Positions 1 through 9,521 of a stretch of 39,358 nt of DNA are shown here, piece by piece. The notes under the pieces were generated by a model, which saw only the letters and a program-made list of their open reading frames with translations, was not told the origin of the DNA and searched no databases. The stretch spans positions 1 to 39,358 of the forward strand of contig CAYZTE010000005.1 in the NCBI GenBank assembly GCA_964481225.1. The letters run 5' to 3'. The DNA comes from an uncultured archaeon. GTDB taxonomy: Archaea; Asgardarchaeota; Lokiarchaeia; Sigyniarchaeales; SOKP01. Positions within the stretch are counted from its first letter, which is position 1. Every line of letters begins with the position of its first letter. The position numbers and the translations under genes are program-made.

Positions 1-299
1 TGAGTAGCTTGGTGATCAGGGTGTGCATTGTTATTACTTGGAATTACAAATAGATTTTCAAAATCAAGCCATACATAACTCATTTGCGTAAGATACCCAA
101 TATCTCCGATTGTGAGTTGAAATCCGAACTGCTTATTCAAAATAGAATAATGGTCCCACTCTTTAATGCGCAGCCATCCTTTTCCTATATTTTCTTTATT
201 GTATTTTAAAATTGGTTTTCTTGCCCACCCTCTTTGAACTAGAGAACTATTTTCATCAAATAAATTTGAGGATTCAGTAATTTCGTTTTGTTTTCCCAT
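1..299 (-). CDS. DUF2804-family protein, N-terminal part (runs off the window edge)
   Basis: Not in the ORF track. Manual translation from ATG at 299 gives MGKQNEITESSNLFDENSSLVQRGWARKPILKYNKENIGKGWLRIKEWDHYSILNKQFGFQLTIGDIGYLTQMSYVWLDFE, open to the edge. The GWAR.P / RIKEWD.Y / LTI.D.GY pattern is what I recall for DUF2804. Confidence 0.7.
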   Translation of the reverse strand, partial: MGKQNEITESSNLFDENSSLVQRGWARKPILKYNKENIGKGWLRIKEWDHYSILNKQFGFQLTIGDIGYLTQMSYVWLDFENLFVIPSNNNAHPDHQAT

Positions 300-401
300 T
301 TTGTAATTCGATATTAAAGCAATTCTAGATTTATAAGTTTTAAAAGATTTGAGATAAAATAAAGCATTTGAGAAATATTAAAATTTTGAATTGTGGATCC
401 C

Positions 402-1676
402 ATGTCTTCTGAATTTGAAAAGAATTTAGATAAATATGCTGAAGTGATCGTTAAAGTAGGTCTTAATCTACAACCCGGACAACGCCTATTGATTGGTAAA
501 CCAACAGCTAACAGTAATGGTACGCCTTTAGAATTAGCCCCATTGATACGGTTGATCGCGACTAAGGCTTATCAAATTGGAGCCAGATTAGTTGACGTGA
601 TGTGGGATGATGAACAATTAAGGTTGATCCGATTCCAGCACGCTCCTCGAGATTCGTTTGAAGAATTCCCGGAGTGGAGGACTGATGCAGCGCTTAAAAT
701 TGCTAAAGCAGGTGATGCAATGCTCACAATCACGGGTCATAACCCCAAATTATTAATAAAACAAGATCCAGAATTGATTACAACAGCTCAACAAACATAT
801 TTAAAACATAATGAGCCTATTTTGGATTTGGTGACTAAGAACGCGTTGAATTGGTTAGTAATTGCTGCTCCAGTTGAAGGTTGGATGGATAAAGTCTTCC
901 CGAATCTCCCTCCCGACAAAAGAAAGGCTAAATTTTGGGACACGCTCTTTGACATCTGTCGCGTGAAAAAATATGATCCGATTTCGGCTTGGAACGACCA
1001 CATTAATCAACTCGATGCCAGGAGTAAATGTCTTACCCTTAAGAACTATAAAGTCCTGAAGTTTATCGCTCCAGGGACAAATCTTAATATTGAATTACCA
1101 AAGGGGCACATATGGCAGGGTGCTACCGTAACTAGCCAAAATGGGATTAAATTTTCTGCTAATATACCAACGGAGGAAATCTTCACAATACCACATAAAG
1201 ATAAAACAGAGGGAGTTGTCACCGCGACTAAACCGCTCAGCTATGGTGGCAGTTTGATTGAAGGTTTCAGCTTAACGTTTTCCCAAGGTCGAGTTGTAAA
1301 AGTAACGGCTAAAAAAGGAGAGAATTTCCTGCAAAATTTGATTGAAACAGATGAAGGAGCAAGACGATTAGGTGAAGTAGCGCTGGTTCCGCATAGTTCA
1401 CCCATTTCCCAAACAGGGTTGCTCTTTTATAATACTCTCATTGATGAAAATGCTTCCAATCATATAGCCCTTGGCAGTGGAATTAAATATAGCATTAAAA
1501 ATGGTGAAAAAATGTCTGATAATGAATTTGCATCGGCAGGCGGTAATAATAGCCGTATCCACATCGATTTAATGATCGGATCAGGTGAAATGGATGTTGA
1601 TGGAATTATGGAAGATGGTAAAGTTGAACCAATCATGCGTAATGGAGAATGGACTTTTGAAATAGGAAAAGATTAA
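402..1676 (+). CDS. Aminopeptidase, peptidase M29 (AmpS/AmpT/PepS family)
   Basis: LDKYAEVIVKVGLNLQPGQ N-terminus and metal-site motifs NIPTEEIFT, LGEVALV, NTLIDENASNHIALG and SRIHIDLMIG. ATG at 402 preferred over GTG at 393. Confidence 0.93.
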   Translation: MSSEFEKNLDKYAEVIVKVGLNLQPGQRLLIGKPTANSNGTPLELAPLIRLIATKAYQIGARLVDVMWDDEQLRLIRFQHAPRDSFEEFPEWRTDAALKIAKAGDAMLTITGHNPKLLIKQDPELITTAQQTYLKHNEPILDLVTKNALNWLVIAAPVEGWMDKVFPNLPPDKRKAKFWDTLFDICRVKKYDPISAWNDHINQLDARSKCLTLKNYKVLKFIAPGTNLNIELPKGHIWQGATVTSQNGIKFSANIPTEEIFTIPHKDKTEGVVTATKPLSYGGSLIEGFSLTFSQGRVVKVTAKKGENFLQNLIETDEGARRLGEVALVPHSSPISQTGLLFYNTLIDENASNHIALGSGIKYSIKNGEKMSDNEFASAGGNNSRIHIDLMIGSGEMDVDGIMEDGKVEPIMRNGEWTFEIGKD

Positions 1677-3086
1677 TTATTCGATTTTTTCACAAATATT
1701 ATCAATTTTTTGTACTGTTTCATCTATAATCTCGTCTGTGTGGAGCATACAGGTATAGAATCTACTTCCAGCAACAGATATAATTTCTTGATCCACTAAT
1801 GCTGCTCCCATCTTGTCCATAAAATCTTTTCGATTGGGAAGTTGACCTACTTGATTTGAATCATTTAGATCAAGGCCAAAAATGCAGCTCGTGTGAAAAT
1901 GTACGGTACCACCAAAATTATAGGAGAACCAAGGCAAATCATGTTTCTCAAACACTTCATTCAAACCAGTTGATAATCTCGTGGCGGCTCTTTTGGCTTT
2001 TTCTGTTGCATTCGTTTCTTCAACCATTTTTATTGCATGAAATGCTGCACAGCATGTTAAAGGATTTGCTGCTATGGTTCCTCCAGTATATGCTCTTTTT
2101 GACCCTCCACCTACGCCCGCCGCAACAGTTGCTAAAACATCTGCTCGACCTCCTATGGCTGCTGCCGAAGGAAAACCATGACCAACTATTTTACCAAATA
2201 CAGAAATATCAGGTGTATATCCAAAATAAGCTTGGCCTCCACCCATATGTAATCTAAATGCACACACAACCTCATCTGAAATTAATAAAGCTCGATTTTC
2301 ACGGCATAATTCCTCGACTTCTTTATTGAATCCTGGTCTTACGGGAATCGCCCCGGATTCTCCGCCCATTGGTTCAATGATTACCGCTGCTATTTTTCTT
2401 TTCTCTTTAAACATTTCTCTTAAAGTATCAATATCATTAGGAGGGCAAGAATCGATCCATTTATATATTGATTTTGGAATTCCATGAGATTCTAATAATT
2501 TTGTTCCCGGTATGTGCATATCATAAACCAATTGGTCACTCCACCCATGATAACTTCCCCCAATTTTTATAATGTGTTTTCTGCCTGTAAAGACACGAGC
2601 TACTCGAATTGCTAACATGTCAGCTTCAGTTCCAGATTGTAACCATCTAATAATTTCACAAGATGGAAAATGTTTCTGTAATGCTTCTGCTGCTAAGTAT
2701 TCATACTCATGTGTTATTCCGTGACAAGGACCGAATTCTTTAATAGTTTCAGTTACTTTTTCGATTAATGGAGGATATTGATGCCCCAATATAATTGGAC
2801 CACCACACATTAGATAATCAGTTAAAACAACATCATCCACGGTTTCCATGTAGCAATCGTATACTCTTTTACTTGTTAATGGGAATGGATAATTAAATGC
2901 TAGATTGTGTTCAACACCACCGGGAATAATATTGCGAGCACGTTCATATGCTTCTTTAGATTTAGGGTGGTTCGTATGATATCGTTCAACTATGCCTTTT
3001 AGTTCTTCAGGTTTAAACCGTTTTATGGGATTTTTGACGATATTACCAATCTTAGCTTTTATTTCTTCATATTCCATATTGGTCAT
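1677..3086 (-). CDS. Class III PLP aminotransferase (glutamate-1-semialdehyde aminomutase-like)
   Basis: IPGGV, SGTEA, GSYHGWSD, IIEP, LISDEV, FGKIVGHG (PLP lysine) and GGTIAANP. True HemL activity is not established. Confidence 0.88.
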   Translation of the reverse strand: MTNMEYEEIKAKIGNIVKNPIKRFKPEELKGIVERYHTNHPKSKEAYERARNIIPGGVEHNLAFNYPFPLTSKRVYDCYMETVDDVVLTDYLMCGGPIILGHQYPPLIEKVTETIKEFGPCHGITHEYEYLAAEALQKHFPSCEIIRWLQSGTEADMLAIRVARVFTGRKHIIKIGGSYHGWSDQLVYDMHIPGTKLLESHGIPKSIYKWIDSCPPNDIDTLREMFKEKRKIAAVIIEPMGGESGAIPVRPGFNKEVEELCRENRALLISDEVVCAFRLHMGGGQAYFGYTPDISVFGKIVGHGFPSAAAIGGRADVLATVAAGVGGGSKRAYTGGTIAANPLTCCAAFHAIKMVEETNATEKAKRAATRLSTGLNEVFEKHDLPWFSYNFGGTVHFHTSCIFGLDLNDSNQVGQLPNRKDFMDKMGAALVDQEIISVAGSRFYTCMLHTDEIIDETVQKIDNICEKIE

Positions 3087-3228
3087 TTTAGTTCAATTTT
3101 GAAAACATTTTGGTAACTAAATTAATTATTAAATAATACCATCAAAAAAGAAGTTTATTTTTAGGTATAATAATTACGGAAACTGATTAAAAAAATATTA
3201 ATAAAGACTAAAAATAATAGTAATTATT

Positions 3229-4848
3229 ATGTCAGGCTCACAAAAATTTATTCTTGCTATAGACCATGGTACTGGGGGTCCTAAAAGTGCAATTGTTTCC
3301 ACTGAGGGAGAGGTTCTTGAATGGGCTTTTGAAGAAGTTCCTTTACATGTATCTAAAGGTGGGATAGTAGAACAAGATCCAGATGATTGGTGGAATGCAA
3401 TTAAGAATACTTGTAAGAAAGTTATTGATAGTGGCAGAGTTTCTATTGATGATATAGTAGGAGTCAGTAACACGAGCCAATGGAGTGGGACAGTTGCAGT
3501 AGATCAAGATGGAAATCATCTAATGAATTCAATAATATGGATGGATACTAGGGGAGCAAAGTATATTGAAAAATTTTATAAGAGTCTAATCCAGGTTTCA
3601 GGTTATGCTTTAACTAAAATTCTAAAATGGATCAAAAGAACTGGTGGGGGACCCTCTCAAAGCGGCAAAGATCCTATTGCACATATATTATGGATTAAGA
3701 ATGAGCGTCCTGAGATTTACAATAAGACCTATAAATTTTTAGAACCACAAGATTTTATAAATGCAAAACTTACAGGGAAATTTGTTGCTTCTCATGGTTC
3801 TATTCACCTTTATTGGGTTACAGATATTAGAGATATTAATAATGTAAAATATTCTAAAAAATTGATTAAGGGCTTAAAGATTGATCCAGAGAAATTACCA
3901 GAATTAAAAACATCAATTGATATACTTGGAACTTTAAGAAGTAGCGTAGCTGACGAGTTGGGACTTAATAAAGATGTTAAAGTCGTTGTGGGTGCCCCCG
4001 ATGTATTATCAGCTACAGTTGGTTCTGGTGCTGTTAGAAATTATGAAGCTCACATTTATATTGGCACATCTGATTGGTTAACTTGCCATGTTCCTTATAA
4101 AAAAACTGATATTTCTCATAACATGGCTAGCGTTCCTTCGGCAATACCAGGCAGGTATATTATTGGAAATGAACAAGAAATAGCGGGAGGTGCCTTAACT
4201 TTTCTCAGAGATAAAATCTTATATCATAAAGACGAATTATTAAGAGAAGAATCTGTTCCTGATGTATATAAAATATTCGATAGAATTGTGGAGACTGTGC
4301 CAGCTGGTTCAAATAATCTGATTTTTACCCCTTGGCTAATAGGAGAACGAACACCTATAGAAGACCATACCATACGAGGGGGATTGTATAATATCTCTTT
4401 GGAGATGTCCCGTGAACATATAATCAGAGCAATTTTTGAGGGTGTAGCATATAATATTAGATGGCTATTCATGTATATTGAAAAATTCATTCAAAAATGG
4501 AAAATAAAAGAGACACCTGGTATGACAAAAAAGGATATTGTCATCCCAGAGCTTAACATAATAGGTGGCGGAGCTCAAAGTGACATATGGTGCCAAATAT
4601 TTGCAGATGTTCTTGATAGAAAAATAAAACAAGTTAATAATCCAATTCAAGCAAATGCTCGTGGTGCTGCATTCATTGCTTCTGTTGGACTTGGTTATAT
4701 TAATTGGGATGATATTCAAAGGTGTTGTGAAATATCAAAAGTATTCACGCCTAACCCAGAAAATAGAAAGATATATGATAAACTCTTCGAAGAATACCTA
4801 AACATCTATAAAATCATGGGAAAAACATATAAACGCTTAAATGAATAA
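3229..4848 (+). CDS. FGGY-family carbohydrate kinase (xylulokinase-like)
   Basis: LAIDHGTGGPK, EQDPDDWW, IWMDTR, YIGTSDW, PWLIGERTP, RAIFEGVA, GGGAQSDIWCQIFADV. Confidence 0.92.
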   Translation: MSGSQKFILAIDHGTGGPKSAIVSTEGEVLEWAFEEVPLHVSKGGIVEQDPDDWWNAIKNTCKKVIDSGRVSIDDIVGVSNTSQWSGTVAVDQDGNHLMNSIIWMDTRGAKYIEKFYKSLIQVSGYALTKILKWIKRTGGGPSQSGKDPIAHILWIKNERPEIYNKTYKFLEPQDFINAKLTGKFVASHGSIHLYWVTDIRDINNVKYSKKLIKGLKIDPEKLPELKTSIDILGTLRSSVADELGLNKDVKVVVGAPDVLSATVGSGAVRNYEAHIYIGTSDWLTCHVPYKKTDISHNMASVPSAIPGRYIIGNEQEIAGGALTFLRDKILYHKDELLREESVPDVYKIFDRIVETVPAGSNNLIFTPWLIGERTPIEDHTIRGGLYNISLEMSREHIIRAIFEGVAYNIRWLFMYIEKFIQKWKIKETPGMTKKDIVIPELNIIGGGAQSDIWCQIFADVLDRKIKQVNNPIQANARGAAFIASVGLGYINWDDIQRCCEISKVFTPNPENRKIYDKLFEEYLNIYKIMGKTYKRLNE

Positions 4849-4876
4849 AAAATAAATTAAATAAATTTTTTTCGAT

Positions 4877-4975
4877 TTATCCTTTAATTGATTTTCCTTG
4901 TTCAAATTTATCTAAATCTTTTTCTTGAAGTTTATGTCTCTAAAATTTACCAGTCATACTAACTGGCATCTTTCT
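4877..4975 (-). pseudogene. Remnant of an acyl-CoA ligase 3' end (degenerate copy of 6565..6663)
   Basis: Minus strand reads RKMPVSMTGKF*RHKLQEKDLDKFEQGKSIKG*, against RKMPVSMTGKVQRRELQEKDLDKLKQGKAIKG* in the intact gene. 25/32 residues are identical, with an in-frame TAG at 4940-4942. Confidence 0.9.
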
Positions 4976-5102
4976 GAGATTTAAAAAATCTAATTTTTGA
5001 TAAAATATAAAGTATTAAATTATTCTAGAGCATATTTTCATTTATCATAAAAATTTAGAATAACCACTTTTAAAACGTTATAAATTAAAAAGTGTTTTAA
5101 AC

Positions 5103-6497
5103 ATGACATTAAAAGCAATTGAGGTTAAACATACAAAAAAGAACATGTTATCATATGGTTCTGGAAAATTTGTAAGTGAATTCTTTAATATGTGCTTCGG
5201 AGCATATGTTTTCTATTATTACGAGGCCGAAGTTGGTTTAGAATCATGGTTAGTTATGGTAGGATATATTATTTTCGCATTATGGAACGCGTTTAATGAT
5301 CCTTTAGTGGGTTATTTGACAGACCGTCCCTTTAGATTTACAAAAAACTGGGGAAGACGTGTTCCCTGGGTTCTAATTGGAGGCATCCCATTTATATTAA
5401 GCTATCTTTTTATATTCACTCCACCTTCAGTAGATCCACAAGAAGGCGCTTGGATCATATTTGCTTGGCTTGTAATTATGACATGTATATATGACACTTT
5501 TGCATCAATATTTGGTGTAAACTTTTATGCAATCTTCCCTGATAAGTTTCGTGGAGATAGCGAAAGAAGATTAGCATCTGCTTTGAGTACTGTCGTAGCT
5601 GCTTTAGGAACAGCCTTAGGATTTGTTATTCCATCTCTTTTTGTTGTATATGGAGAAGTAAGAACGTTTGTACTCCAAGCAGGAGCGGTTGTTATCGTGT
5701 GTTTAATTGCTTTAGCATTAGCAATTCCTGGTAGTTGGGAGGACCAAGAGCGGATTGACTGTTATCTTGAGAAATGCGAAGAAGGAATGGAGCAAGAATC
5801 TTTTTTCAAGGAATATAAAAACGCCTTAAAACATAAGAATTGGGCAGCATATATAATTTCTTTCACATTTTACATGGCATTAGTACAATGCATGATAGGA
5901 TCCATTGCTTATGTTGGACGATTTGTTCTAGGTGTGGAAGCAGGTGACACTATAATAATATTTGCAGGGCTGTTTTTAGGAATGATGTGTTCAATGCCTA
6001 TTTGGGCGAAAATTGCAGATAAAACAAATAACGATCGCAGGACATATATTATTGCTGCTGTATGTTTGACCGCTGTGACGGGACCACTTTTTTTTATCAG
6101 AGATTTTGTTATTATGATATTTGCAATTTTCATATGGGGCTTCTTTGAAGGTGCATTTTGGGTTATGATGGACCCAGTTAAATCAAATACCATTGATGAG
6201 TCAGTAGTTATGTCAAACCGAAGAAAAGAAGGTACTTATCAAGGAATTCAAACATTTGTAGCTAGAGCTGCTTTTGTAGCTCAAGCTGCTAGTTTTGCAA
6301 TAGTGCACATTCTCACGGGGTTTGTGGAAGGTTCTGATACCCAAACTAATCAAGCAGTATTAGGAATTCAAATCCATTTTGCTGTATTACCCATGATCTT
6401 CATGCTTATCGCAACCTTAATCCTCTGGAAATTTTACAAACTTACGCCAGAAAAAGTCAAAATCAATAAAGATAAAATTATTGAAATGGGCTTTTAA
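5103..6497 (+). CDS. MFS transporter, glycoside-pentoside-hexuronide (MelB/MFS_2) family
   Basis: About 12 hydrophobic segments, WNAFNDPLVGYLTDR..WGRRVPW motif and RRKEGTYQG in the C-terminal half. Confidence 0.92.
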   Translation: MTLKAIEVKHTKKNMLSYGSGKFVSEFFNMCFGAYVFYYYEAEVGLESWLVMVGYIIFALWNAFNDPLVGYLTDRPFRFTKNWGRRVPWVLIGGIPFILSYLFIFTPPSVDPQEGAWIIFAWLVIMTCIYDTFASIFGVNFYAIFPDKFRGDSERRLASALSTVVAALGTALGFVIPSLFVVYGEVRTFVLQAGAVVIVCLIALALAIPGSWEDQERIDCYLEKCEEGMEQESFFKEYKNALKHKNWAAYIISFTFYMALVQCMIGSIAYVGRFVLGVEAGDTIIIFAGLFLGMMCSMPIWAKIADKTNNDRRTYIIAAVCLTAVTGPLFFIRDFVIMIFAIFIWGFFEGAFWVMMDPVKSNTIDESVVMSNRRKEGTYQGIQTFVARAAFVAQAASFAIVHILTGFVEGSDTQTNQAVLGIQIHFAVLPMIFMLIATLILWKFYKLTPEKVKINKDKIIEMGF

Positions 6498-6499
6498 AC

Positions 6500-6530
6500 T
6501 TTTTTTTTAATATTTTTAATTAAAAAAAAA
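6500..6530. terminator. Probable bidirectional oligo-T terminator region between the convergent MFS and ligase genes
   Basis: A T-run follows the MFS stop, and an A-run (a T-run on the minus strand) lies downstream of the ligase stop. Archaeal terminators are oligo-T, but the background is very AT-rich. Confidence 0.35.
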
Positions 6531-6564
6531 TTATAAATAAAAAAGATTAGAAAATAAAATCTAA

Positions 6565-8418
6565 TTAACCTTTAATAGCTTTTCCCTGTTTTAGTTTATC
6601 CAAGTCTTTTTCTTGGAGTTCACGTCTCTGAACTTTACCAGTCATGCTAACAGGCATTTTCCTAACAAACTCAATGTACTTAGGACTTTTCCACTTTGCC
6701 ATGTTGTTAAGACACCACTCTTTAAATTGATAATTATTAACGTCTCTATCTGCTTTAAAGCCTTTCTTAAGAGTAACCCATGCTTTAACTGCTTCTCCTG
6801 TCATTTCATCTGGAATTCCAGCAACAGCAACCTCGTTTACCATCTCGTGATGCCCCATGAGCTCTTCTACTTCCTTTGGAAATACTGAATGCCCGGAAAC
6901 TTTAATTAAGGATTTCTTACGATCTCGTATCTCGACCCATCCGTGCTCATCCATAAATCCAATATCACCAGTTAGCAACCAGCGCTTACCCCCCCAATAT
7001 TTTAAATTGTCTTCTTGTTCTTTTTGTTTCCCTAAATATCCTAACATTATGTGAGGCCCAGCACAACAAATTTCTCCGGTATTTTCGATTCCGAAACCTC
7101 CTCTTTCTTTTGTTCCATCACAAATAGGCCCTGCTTCAAAGTTATCGGAAGGGAATATAGCCCAATTTGCGCCTGGTATTGGCAATCCTAATTTTCCAGC
7201 TTTAGTTGGACCCCAGAAAGGAGCTATGCTATGCATTGGAGATGTTTCCGTTAATCCATAACCAGAACGTATTGGACAAAATATTGCCTCGAAAGGCTCC
7301 TTTACGTAACTATGTAAGGGACCCGCTCCCTGCGTGGCATATTTTAGCTTTTTCCAGAAATCATATTTCTTTTTAAATTCCTCCACACCCATACTTTCTA
7401 CAAAATCAGTTAATCTCTTAAATAACATTTCAACTCCAGTATAAATTATTCCTTCAGGAGCATCGATCTTGTTTATGGCTTCGCATAAAATATCATCTGA
7501 AGGTGGTTTTGGGAAGAGGAGCATGACCATTCCTAAGCCAAGAGCAGCATTCATGACACATGTTAACCCAAAGCTATGAAAGAATGGAATAGATCCGATT
7601 GTTATCATCCCTGACTTAAGATTTGTCCAAGGTTTAGCCATATTAAGATTAAGGCAAAGATTCGCATGTGAAAGCATCGCAACTTTAGGTAACCCTGTGG
7701 TTCCCCCTGTCATGAGATACACTGCTGGTTCCGTCCAGGGATCAATATCTACTTCAATTTCTTCTGGTTCTGTTTTATCGAGAATATCTTTCATCCAAAT
7801 AACCTTATAATGTTCGATCTCATCAGGTATTTTATCTTTAGCATTCGGGATTGCTAATTTTTCTAGTGTTTGTTCATCTGCAGTAAGGAAATCAACAAAA
7901 TTTGATGGAATTAGATATTTGACTTCAGTTTTAGGAAGTATATCTTTAGGACCGGCTATATACAACATATCCATCATTACAAGTACTTTTGCATTTGTCA
8001 TAGTTAAAGAATGTAATAGTTCCATTGGTCTATATGTAGGATTGATACCCTGAACAATTGCTCCTATATATTGACATCCCATATATGCAACAACGAAATT
8101 GATGGAATTTGGAAGTTCAATCGCTACAACATCCCCTTTCCTGATGCCTAACTGTTTATAAAGGTACGTTCCAAACCGTTTAGCATAATCCATTAAAGTT
8201 CTTAGTTTTACACGTTCAATATATGGCCCATATACAAAGATACAAATGTTCATATCCAAAGTTCCATACAAATCGGCTGCTTTCAAAAAATACTCCCACA
8301 TTGGCAAAATATCAACGTCTTCAACGTCTTTTAGTTGCTTTGGAACTCCTTCTGGCCAGTATCCTTCTGTGAACCAAATTTTATTCTCATCAACAATAAA
8401 ATCGTCTAAACTCGGCAT
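6565..8418 (-). CDS. Long-chain fatty-acid--CoA ligase (AMP-binding enzyme)
   Basis: MTGGTTGLPK P-loop, GYGLTETSP, LLTGDIG, DRKKSLIKVSG and the MTGKVQRR catalytic lysine. Confidence 0.93.
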   Translation of the reverse strand: MPSLDDFIVDENKIWFTEGYWPEGVPKQLKDVEDVDILPMWEYFLKAADLYGTLDMNICIFVYGPYIERVKLRTLMDYAKRFGTYLYKQLGIRKGDVVAIELPNSINFVVAYMGCQYIGAIVQGINPTYRPMELLHSLTMTNAKVLVMMDMLYIAGPKDILPKTEVKYLIPSNFVDFLTADEQTLEKLAIPNAKDKIPDEIEHYKVIWMKDILDKTEPEEIEVDIDPWTEPAVYLMTGGTTGLPKVAMLSHANLCLNLNMAKPWTNLKSGMITIGSIPFFHSFGLTCVMNAALGLGMVMLLFPKPPSDDILCEAINKIDAPEGIIYTGVEMLFKRLTDFVESMGVEEFKKKYDFWKKLKYATQGAGPLHSYVKEPFEAIFCPIRSGYGLTETSPMHSIAPFWGPTKAGKLGLPIPGANWAIFPSDNFEAGPICDGTKERGGFGIENTGEICCAGPHIMLGYLGKQKEQEDNLKYWGGKRWLLTGDIGFMDEHGWVEIRDRKKSLIKVSGHSVFPKEVEELMGHHEMVNEVAVAGIPDEMTGEAVKAWVTLKKGFKADRDVNNYQFKEWCLNNMAKWKSPKYIEFVRKMPVSMTGKVQRRELQEKDLDKLKQGKAIKG

Positions 8419-8572
8419 TTTTATTTCACTTTTTTAATGAATTTGTTTTTCAATTCTTATTAATTGTAGTTAAATTTACTATTAGTATAATATGATTGAT
8501 ATACTATCATATAATAATTTAACTTGATTTAGTATTAGTTCGTGTTAATATAATTTACACCTTTGAACATAA

Positions 8573-9430
8573 ATGAGATTTAAAGAGAAACTTAAAGGAA
8601 AATTAAGAGAAAAACTGACTGAAGAAGAGCTTTCACTTCTTCCAAGGGGATTCCAAACTTTAGGAAAAGTTATAATTATAAAGCTCAATCCAAGACTTCT
8701 TAAGAAAAAAAGAATTATTGGAGACGCATATTTAGTTCTATTGCCAAACATTGAATCTGTCTTTAATAATTCAGGTAGGATTGTTGGTAATTTTAGAGAA
8801 CCCGAGAAAATAGAATTTATTTCTGGTGAAAATAACCCGATTGTTGAGCATAAAGAGCATAGCATAATTTACAGGTTTGATATCACAAAAATCATATTTA
8901 GTAAGGGAAATCTAAATGAAAGAAAATATTTACCTACTTTAGTCAAAGATGGTGAAATTATAGTAGACATGTTTGCAGGTATTGGGTATTTTTCTTTACC
9001 TATTGCAAAACATTCACTCGTAGAAAAGATCTATAGTATTGAACTTAATCCAGAATCCTACAAATATTTAGGTGAAAATATTAAAATTAATCATTTAGAG
9101 GATAAAATCTTTCCTATAAATGGTGATTGCAGGGAGGAAGTTATTAAGTTAAGTAATTCTGGAGTCAGAGCGGACAGGATAATAATGGGTATTTTTCCAG
9201 CTCCAAAGGATTATATTAAAGAGGCTTTAACACTGGCAAAAGAGGGGGGTACAATTTATCATTATGAAGGAGTGGTTGAGAAAGAAAATTATATTTCTCT
9301 ATTTAAAGATTTCAATGAAGTTGCTAAGAGAGAAAATTACAACTGCGAGTTAAAATCACATAGGTTTGTTAAAAGCTATGGTCCTAATTTGTATCATGTA
9401 GTTTTAGATATATTTGTTATAAAAAATTAG
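8573..9430 (+). CDS. taw2: Met-10+/Trm5-TYW2 family SAM enzyme, probably tRNA wyosine aminocarboxypropyltransferase Taw2
   Basis: DMFAGIGYF and IELNP motifs. DRIIMG in place of the Trm5 MNLP motif and the missing Trm5 D1 domain (285 aa) point to Taw2. Confidence 0.75.
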   Translation: MRFKEKLKGKLREKLTEEELSLLPRGFQTLGKVIIIKLNPRLLKKKRIIGDAYLVLLPNIESVFNNSGRIVGNFREPEKIEFISGENNPIVEHKEHSIIYRFDITKIIFSKGNLNERKYLPTLVKDGEIIVDMFAGIGYFSLPIAKHSLVEKIYSIELNPESYKYLGENIKINHLEDKIFPINGDCREEVIKLSNSGVRADRIIMGIFPAPKDYIKEALTLAKEGGTIYHYEGVVEKENYISLFKDFNEVAKRENYNCELKSHRFVKSYGPNLYHVVLDIFVIKN

Positions 9431-9521
9431 ATAATTTTATTTATTGAATAAGAGAAATATATCTATAAGAGATAAAAGAAGAGATATAATTTTTGTTTGA
9501 ATTCATACTCAAAAGGGATGA

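Noticed and set aside
1671-1682. Abutting stops of convergent genes (also the 4-nt TTAA overlap of nth and rhomboid at 12945-12948)
   Set aside because: Common in compact AT-rich genomes, with no evidence of a regulatory role.
788-8865. Short antisense or overlapping ORFs in the track (788, 1856, 3198, 4224, 4465, 5909, 6613, 6857, 8246, 8545)
   Set aside because: They lie opposite well-supported genes and have no recognisable motifs, so they are shadow ORFs.
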